Shown here piece after piece: positions 58,152-63,847 of a DNA stretch of 63,847 nucleotides; position 1 is the first letter of the stretch; every line of letters starts with the position of its first letter. The DNA is from Candidatus Methanophagales archaeon (GTDB taxonomy: Archaea; Halobacteriota; Syntropharchaeia; Alkanophagales; Methanospirareceae): positions 1-63,847 of the forward strand of contig QENH01000199.1 in assembly GCA_003336485.1 (NCBI GenBank). The letters run 5' to 3'. The notes under the pieces were generated by a model. That model was not told where the DNA came from. It did no database searches and saw nothing but the letters and a program-made list of their open reading frames with translations. A program made the translations under genes and the position numbers.

Positions 58152-59495
58152 CTATTGGTGATTAACTATCCATTGTGTTATATCATCGATGACTTCTTCT
58201 TCTATATGACCCATGACAAGATATTCAGCTCCGGTTGAAGGGCCACTTCCCGAGATAAATAAATGGTTGAGCATTTCATATGCTTTTAACGTAACATTAT
58301 CGTCCCCGTAAAAGGTCTCATTCCATACACTGAAATCGCCATCTAAAGTTACTTGATAGTCCCGTCCTCCCTGGAGAATTAACAATGGGATACTTAGGTT
58401 TTTAGCGGTTTCTACAGGGTTATAGCCAGCAAGGTATTGCCAATATGTCTTTGGAACGCCTAGGATAAGTTCACCTTCGCTGATATTTAGTTCCTTTACT
58501 TTTTCCACCTGTTCTTGGATATATGCGATTTGTATTGCTTCATTCTCATCGATTTCTCCATCAAGATTCGCCAGGTAGGTGGTTTGTTCTAAAAATAGAT
58601 CTTCAAGACCACGTGTAGGTCCAGCAAGTATGATAAGACCTGCAAGTCGATCATCTTGTTCAGCAATCCGTGGACCAATCATTCCACCGAGACTGTGGCC
58701 TAGAACAAACATCCGTTCTTGATCAATTCTTCCAGTGGCGTTAAGTATGTCAATAGCTCCTATTGTGTCGTCAATTACTTCGTCCTGTAATGTGAAATTG
58801 GTTTGCGCAGCGGATTGCACAGGATATTCCTTAGTCCTTTTTTCATAGCGAAGTACCGCAATTCCTTTTGAGGCCAAACCCCATGCGAGATCTTTAAATG
58901 GTTTGTTTGGACCAATACTTTCATCTTTATCATTGGGTCCTGAACCATGTACTAACACAACAGCGGGAAACGGGCCTTCTCCTTTTGGAATAGTCAATGT
59001 ACCCGGTAACTCCCATTCTCCGGTACCAACCGTCACATTTACTTCTTCAAATACATCCTGATCTGCGTACTCTGGAGTTTCATATTCATATTCGATTTCA
59101 GTTGGTACAAAGTGAAATCCTGAAATATTCTTCTCACCATCAAAAACCATCTTTATATCTAGAAATCCCTTTGTTGTAAAATTACATGTAACATAAACAA
59201 CGTCATAACCGCCCTCCTTGTCTATTCGTGTACTCATAACCGTATCAAACTCGCCGTATTGAGCAAGCAAACTATCCCATATATCTTCGAGTTGCTGAAC
59301 AGCCATTTGATCGGTAACAGTTTCATTAAAAAAATCATACGCTTGGTTAAATTCACCTGTACTAAGAAATTCAACTGTTTGAGTAGCAATCTCTTTCACA
59401 TTCTCTTCTTCGGATTCTTCATTGTAGATAGAACCTGTTAATGATATCCATATGACAAGTATTATACAACATGAAAGATATACCTTTTTTATCAT
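58152..59495 (-). CDS. secreted alpha/beta hydrolase with N-terminal DUF3887-like domain
   Basis: Signal anchor. FNQAYDFFNETVTDQMAVQQLEDIWDSLLAQYGEF, then LVHGSGPNDKDE and the nucleophile elbow GHSLGG. Confidence 0.8.
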   Translation of the reverse strand: MIKKVYLSCCIILVIWISLTGSIYNEESEEENVKEIATQTVEFLSTGEFNQAYDFFNETVTDQMAVQQLEDIWDSLLAQYGEFDTVMSTRIDKEGGYDVVYVTCNFTTKGFLDIKMVFDGEKNISGFHFVPTEIEYEYETPEYADQDVFEEVNVTVGTGEWELPGTLTIPKGEGPFPAVVLVHGSGPNDKDESIGPNKPFKDLAWGLASKGIAVLRYEKRTKEYPVQSAAQTNFTLQDEVIDDTIGAIDILNATGRIDQERMFVLGHSLGGMIGPRIAEQDDRLAGLIILAGPTRGLEDLFLEQTTYLANLDGEIDENEAIQIAYIQEQVEKVKELNISEGELILGVPKTYWQYLAGYNPVETAKNLSIPLLILQGGRDYQVTLDGDFSVWNETFYGDDNVTLKAYEMLNHLFISGSGPSTGAEYLVMGHIEEEVIDDITQWIVNHQ

Positions 59496-59594
59496 TTTAT
59501 TTCACCCATATTACCCAGTCTATCATTGCTCTTTGTCCTTTAAATATATTTTTTCTTCATTCAATAGACGATACTCGCTTCTATTCTCTCCCAC

Positions 59595-59810
59595 CTATGA
59601 ATATCTCCAAAACGCAAAGGCAATCCCTGTGTCCTTATGAACGATTTGTTTAGTGCCGCCGTTGACTGCGCCCTCCATCCAGTAGGAGAAGTTCACCGTG
59701 TCCTGACCGAACGTCATGTACGATTCATACATCGGATAGCCCATGCATACCGTGGCCATCGATGAAACGATCAAGACCGCAAAGATGGCAAACAAGACCT
59801 TTTTAATCAT
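59595..59810 (-). CDS. small secreted hypothetical protein
   Basis: MIKKVLFAIFAVLIVSSMATVCMG signal peptide. 71 aa. Confidence 0.4.
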   Translation of the reverse strand: MIKKVLFAIFAVLIVSSMATVCMGYPMYESYMTFGQDTVNFSYWMEGAVNGGTKQIVHKDTGIAFAFWRYS

Positions 59811-59915
59811 ATTGTCTCATTTTTCATTCCTCATATTTATTATTTCGTCTTCTTTATCTCCAGTTTTCCAAATTTTATTCACCTGTATTTGTTTTTTTAT
59901 TGTTTTAATCTTACC

Positions 59916-60986
59916 TCACCTTACTTTCTTTGCCTTTGCTTCCATAATAGCAACGCCAAGAACTATTCCTACTCCCATTCCGGCACCAATATTGTCCATT
60001 GCAACACCTATGCCAGCTCCAAGAGCTAATCCAATTCCCATACTTAATCCCACAAAATCATTTTTATGATTTTTTCCGTCAGATTTCTTATGATTCTCTC
60101 TTGCACTTACACCCGGCTTACCCGTCATAATAATTGCGTAAATCAACCCTGCAATCACGCTTATCGCTAACATTGACAGGGGGAATAAACTGATACCGAA
60201 ACCTGCCTCTGAGCTATGAAATTCAAAAATCGTGTAAATGCTATTCGCAGGTCCGATTGTAAAAGAAGCCACACCTAATATATCCAGAGCTATTGGCGCT
60301 ATACACATTAGAATCCCTACCGCAAAAAAACAGAGTATGAATACTTTAGAAAATCGTGTGCCAAATCCGGCTGTAGTGATATTCATGGTTTTATCAGTTT
60401 CTTTGCCATAAATTATCAGCCCGGTTTTTCGATCTTCCAGCAATACATGTTTCGGATATCTCAGTACGTTTCGTGTCACCCACAAATCGCCCACTGCGCC
60501 GGAAGCATTTAGTACTAACGGTATGAAGATCAAGTGCGCAATTGACGGTAAAGCAGCCATTAAACCGATTCCAACCAGGGAGATCACTACCAACGGCGCA
60601 ATAGCGATTGCTATGAACTGGTTGCGTAGAAAACGCGTTTTTGTTGTGGTGTATAAATAGGGCAGGATGTAATGCGCAATGCCAGCACCATAACGCGGCT
60701 TGCCACCATATATAGACATGAATAGGCCATGTATGAGTTCATGCAGTACGAATGTACCAATGATGAGCGCAACGGAAATAAGAATTGTGCTGCCGCTTGT
60801 GAAGTCAAAGTTAAAGCCAACTTCCCCGGTAAATAATGTATATAGTGCGGCGAAAAAAAACCCAAATGCAAAAAGGGCTAATGTCCCCATGCCCATTAGT
60901 GTAACTACAACTTCTTTTGTCATTTCCAATTTGCCCAGTTCTTTTCGGCCATCAAGGTTGAAAGGTTGTTGTTTTATCAATGCCAT
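59916..60986 (-). CDS. DUF3267-like membrane zincin (HExxH) fused to a C-terminal glycine-zipper segment
   Basis: HELIHG in a TM context with multiple TM helices. The C-terminal GLSMGIGLALGAGIGVAMDNIGAGMGVGIVLGVAIMEAKAKK is homologous to ORF 56416..56616. Confidence 0.65.
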   Translation of the reverse strand: MALIKQQPFNLDGRKELGKLEMTKEVVVTLMGMGTLALFAFGFFFAALYTLFTGEVGFNFDFTSGSTILISVALIIGTFVLHELIHGLFMSIYGGKPRYGAGIAHYILPYLYTTTKTRFLRNQFIAIAIAPLVVISLVGIGLMAALPSIAHLIFIPLVLNASGAVGDLWVTRNVLRYPKHVLLEDRKTGLIIYGKETDKTMNITTAGFGTRFSKVFILCFFAVGILMCIAPIALDILGVASFTIGPANSIYTIFEFHSSEAGFGISLFPLSMLAISVIAGLIYAIIMTGKPGVSARENHKKSDGKNHKNDFVGLSMGIGLALGAGIGVAMDNIGAGMGVGIVLGVAIMEAKAKKVR

Positions 60987-61177
60987 TATATTTTACTCCT
61001 TTTTGCTTTTACACAACAATATCTCGATCTGAGCTGCACCGCACCACGCCTGATTATATCGCAGATTGCGTCACTTCTGCAGCCATAATATCCCTCGCGA
61101 ACGAGCTCATCGATATTTTCTATCTCTTCTATCGGTATTTTCATTTCTACCAATTTTTCACCATTCTTTTTTTTCAT
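60986..61177 (-). CDS. ribbon-helix-helix (CopG-family) DNA-binding protein
   Basis: MKKKNGEKLVEMKIPIEEIENIDELVREGYYGCRSDAICDIIRRGAV. ATG 61177 follows GGAGAAG. The track ORF starts 18 nt upstream at a GTG. Confidence 0.65.
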   Translation of the reverse strand: MKKKNGEKLVEMKIPIEEIENIDELVREGYYGCRSDAICDIIRRGAVQLRSRYCCVKAKRSKI

Positions 61178-61595
61178 CTTTTCTTCTCCTTTCACCGCTT
61201 TTTATATTAGAACTCTCGCTTTTTTATGCGAGCTTAATTATTAATAGTTAGATGCCCTATTTAAGCTTTTCTATTTTTGACGAAACCGAAAAGAATAAAA
61301 GGGGGTAGTTCGAAATAATGGTGCGTGTAACTATCCATCGCTGAATTACACTAAGAAAATTTGGGCTATTGTATAGCGAATCGTAAATATTACATGATGT
61401 GAAGGACCTTGGTCATTCTTTGTGCCCATTTATAAAGGATCTTCCAAAACTACGAAAAGAACATCGCAAATCTAGAACTGGTCCCGAAATACCTATTGCT
61501 GATGAAAAAATCCAAGTATATCTTGACGGCATGGACGCTTTTTAACTTGTGCATTAAGGCCCTCTTAAAATAAAAATGTATGTAAACCTTTTGTT

Positions 61596-62030
61596 TTATT
61601 TTGTACCCATTAATTCTAAATAGCGATCAACTTGTTTCTCAAAATCATAGAAATCATTCAAACAGATTGTAAGTATACGATAAACAATTTCATCATCCAC
61701 ATGTCCATACCGATGAACAAGAATATTTCTAAATCCCTTCATATCTTTGATCTTTTCACCTAAGTTCTTGTCTATGACGTTGTGTTCAACAATTAAATCA
61801 ATGATATTACCCTCATCTGTTGGCAAGCCAAATCTTTCAGAAGCAACGATCATTGATGCAATATCAATTAAAGAATCAATTGCGATCTCTATCGTTTTCT
61901 CACATGCTCGCCTTCTCACCAGATTTGTATAGTATTCCTCATCAGATGGCATCATCTCTTGCAGCTCATTAATATACTTCACCATCTCTTCCAATTTCAG
62001 CTCAATTCTCTGCTTAGTCTCTTTATTCAA
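61596..62030 (-). CDS. hepT: HepT-like (DUF86) RNase toxin
   Basis: Rx4HxY motif RNILVHRYGHVD. The start is uncertain: TTG 62030 follows GGAGGGG, while the track uses ATG 62090, which overlaps MNT by 68 nt. Confidence 0.8.
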   Translation of the reverse strand: MNKETKQRIELKLEEMVKYINELQEMMPSDEEYYTNLVRRRACEKTIEIAIDSLIDIASMIVASERFGLPTDEGNIIDLIVEHNVIDKNLGEKIKDMKGFRNILVHRYGHVDDEIVYRILTICLNDFYDFEKQVDRYLELMGTK

Positions 62031-62445
62031 CGATACTATCCCCTCCCGAATATGAATAATACAATTTAAGATGCTGTGTAAAATCATCAAAGTTTTTTAT
62101 TACGTTTATATAAATGTTGAATACAACATCGTACTCTCTGTAATAAAGCAATTCGCCATGAGTGATAACTTCTTTTTGTATGTATAAAGGGAGATCTTGA
62201 AATGTTTGTATATCGAATTTATCACCAATTCGCCCTAAAACGCTCATCCTGAATTTAAACCGCTCTTCTTTATTCCCTGCATAAAAAACTGCCAGGTCTA
62301 TATCTGACAATGGTGTATCCCTATCATCGCTTACAGAGCCATATAACGCAATAAACACAATTCTAGCCCTACCTATTTCCTTAATTCTTTCTATTACTTG
62401 CCTCATACCCTCTTCGGCTAGTTCAATCATGCTGGCCATCTTCAA
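62023..62445 (-). CDS. mntA: MNT-type nucleotidyltransferase antitoxin
   Basis: ALYGSVSDDRDTPLSDIDLAVF (GS...DxD) motif, immediately upstream of HepT. Confidence 0.8.
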   Translation of the reverse strand: MKMASMIELAEEGMRQVIERIKEIGRARIVFIALYGSVSDDRDTPLSDIDLAVFYAGNKEERFKFRMSVLGRIGDKFDIQTFQDLPLYIQKEVITHGELLYYREYDVVFNIYINVIKNFDDFTQHLKLYYSYSGGDSIVE

Positions 62446-62582
62446 TTCTTGCTTGTATAGGTCTTATAAAAAAAGTCCCCGTTGGACATCGCCAACATAG
62501 ACTAATACATGCATATATTGTAATGCGGTGTATAAAAGCATTTCGATTTTTTTGTGATTGGCGGACTGGAGATTTTGGTTAG

Positions 62583-63250
62583 CCATACCTACATAAACCG
62601 CTCCATGCCGCCGGATGGGCAGTACAGGACAAGGCCAAAATAGACTGGACCGAGAGCTGCTGTGTTGCCGTCCGCGAATATCAGACAGATGCGGGGCTTG
62701 CGGACTACGTATTATTTGTAGACAGGAAACCAGTAGGTATTTTAGAGGCGAAACGAGAAGATGAGGGGTACCGACTCACAATTCATGAACCCCAAGCGGA
62801 AGAGTATGCAAAAAGCAAACTCAAATATTCGCCGATGCGAAACGGATTTTATTCCTGGTTGACACAAGAAACCTCGGTGAACAGGCAGAGCAGGAGTTTA
62901 TGAACTATCTGCCTTCTGACGATAACCGTAAATTCACGGAACTGTACAATGTGCAACGGTTGCGCTCTCACTATATTGCTTCGGACAGCCAGGTATGCAT
63001 CAGTACGATCCAGCGGCTCTATTCTATATTGAAAGGCGAAGTCATGGCAGAATAGATAGAGGAGCGAAATCCGAACGAGAACGAATGGCAACCAAAAGAG
63101 CCGATGCCGGTTGTTTATAATGCTCAGATTCCGATAGAATAGTTTGATTTTATTGTTATCGATGAATGTCATCGTTCCATATACAAGCTGTGGCAGCAAG
63201 TGCGAGATTATTTCGATGCGTTTCTTATCGGGTTAACTGCCACAAAGCTT
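62583..63250 (+). pseudogene. decayed Type I restriction enzyme R subunit (HsdR, EcoEI-like)
   Basis: Hand-translated. LHAAGWAVQDKAKIDW...VREYQTDAGLADYVLFVDRKPVGILEAKRE (HsdR N-terminal nuclease domain). After a deletion and frame change: ILFLVDTRNLGEQAEQEF...MAE*IEE...[17 protein letters not shown]...FLIGLTATK, then truncated. Confidence 0.65.
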
Positions 63251-63355
63251 GTCCCATAATTAGATATTTTGCGAAAAGGATTGTTTTTTTGGTATAGCGC
63301 CCCCTTTGGGCTCCTTTTTGTTGAGTTTTATTGGAATTTTAAATTGTGGGACAAA
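63248..63355. repeat. ~108-bp segment bounded by 13-nt inverted repeats (MITE-like) at the HsdR truncation point
   Basis: cttgtcccataatt (63248-63261) versus the reverse complement of aaattgtgggacaaa (63341-63355); 12 of 13 core positions match. Confidence 0.35.
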
Positions 63356-63399
63356 CTCTTTAATACAGGGTGGCGAGTTCGGGGCTATCTTCCCTTTCT

Positions 63400-63847
63400 T
63401 TATGCGTCTTCACCCCTCACCTTAAAGATGTAGAAATTCCTCTCGCCCATTGCCTTAAGCTGCACAGGCACAGTAACCTGAACAGTATCCCCCGGGTGCA
63501 CCGTCATATTCTCCAAGGTCGCAACAGTTTTACCATCGAAGTCAGAATCACGTACCAAACAGCCAATAACGTCCCAATTATATCGTGTCCCTTATAAATA
63601 GATTGTTTTACGTATATCCTCCTCGTTCGGGTTTGTAAGACTAATAATGTATTCGTTCCATCCACTTGCGTTCACAATGTTTTTCTGATGTTCGAGATAG
63701 AACTCAACTGCACTATTGCTAGTCTAGCTACTTTCGCTCTCGCCTCTCTCGCCGATTACAACTGAACTCAAGTTCGTCCGATTTGTGCTAAGAACCGGTG
63801 GCGCTTCATGGTCTGTTGACACGCTATCTACAGGTTGTACTTCCGAA
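63400..63847 (-). pseudogene. partial, stop-interrupted ORF of unknown function running off the window
   Basis: The minus frame reads ...ESESS*TSNSAVEFYLEHQKNIVNASGWNEYIISLTNPNEEDIRKTIYL*GTRYNWDVIGCLVRDSDFDGKTVATLENMTVHPGDTVQVTVPVQLKAMGERNFYIFKVRGEDA*. It looks protein-like but has in-frame TAG and TAA. Confidence 0.25.

Noticed and set aside
62849-63199. 116-aa minus-strand ORF
   Set aside because: The plus strand here reads as an HsdR helicase domain ([17 protein letters not shown]), so the minus ORF is a shadow.

Overview
Archaeal chromosome segment. By inference it comes from a methanogen/ANME-type euryarchaeon: it has an archaeal r-protein operon containing aSUI1 and RNase P Rpp29, plus SRP19, XPD, a PGF-CTERM surface protein, a pterin-binding DHPS-like gene and AcnX plus UbiD-type mevalonate-pathway genes. 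Positions 1-37 kb are mostly core genes: a cohesin-domain secreted protein, a presenilin-like protease, the AcnX large subunit, then rpl3-rpl4-rpl23-rpl2-rps19-rpl22-rps3-rpl29-SUI1-rnp1-rps17-rpl14, which stops abruptly at tRNA-Leu(CAA). After that come AMMECR1, a ferredoxin, a CheY-like receiver, TraB, SRP19, a PHP phosphoesterase, a small HNH insertion, an orphan MrpD/NuoN-like membrane subunit, OMPDC-like and UbiD-like decarboxylases, Nnr, a radical SAM protein, XPD, two paralogous surface proteins, a DHPS-like protein, SecF, PurL and two large secreted proteins (beta-helix; PEGA+LTD). Positions 37.7-46.9 kb form a defence island. It contains an intact Type IIG restriction-modification fusion enzyme whose 3-prime tail recurs twice downstream. 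Each tail copy is preceded by an A/T-rich cassette: a 304-aa orphan, then a SIR2-like gene split by an in-frame TAA. Next come a decayed OLD-ATPase/UvrD-helicase pair, a DEDDh exonuclease and a ~410-bp repeat that also occurs at 468-875. Positions 47-64 kb mix intact accessory genes (DUF104 antitoxin, homoserine dehydrogenase, YwbE, beta-lactamase-like hydrolase, alpha/beta hydrolase, DUF3267 zincin, HepT/MNT) with debris: an MMPL fragment, a segmental duplication of a crippled ABC-2 transporter operon around an IS110 fragment, and a decayed HsdR. Several gene breaks sit at homopolymer runs, so real decay cannot be separated from sequencing error using this sequence alone. No CRISPR array or rRNA gene was seen. 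All homology calls come from motif recognition by eye; no searches were run.
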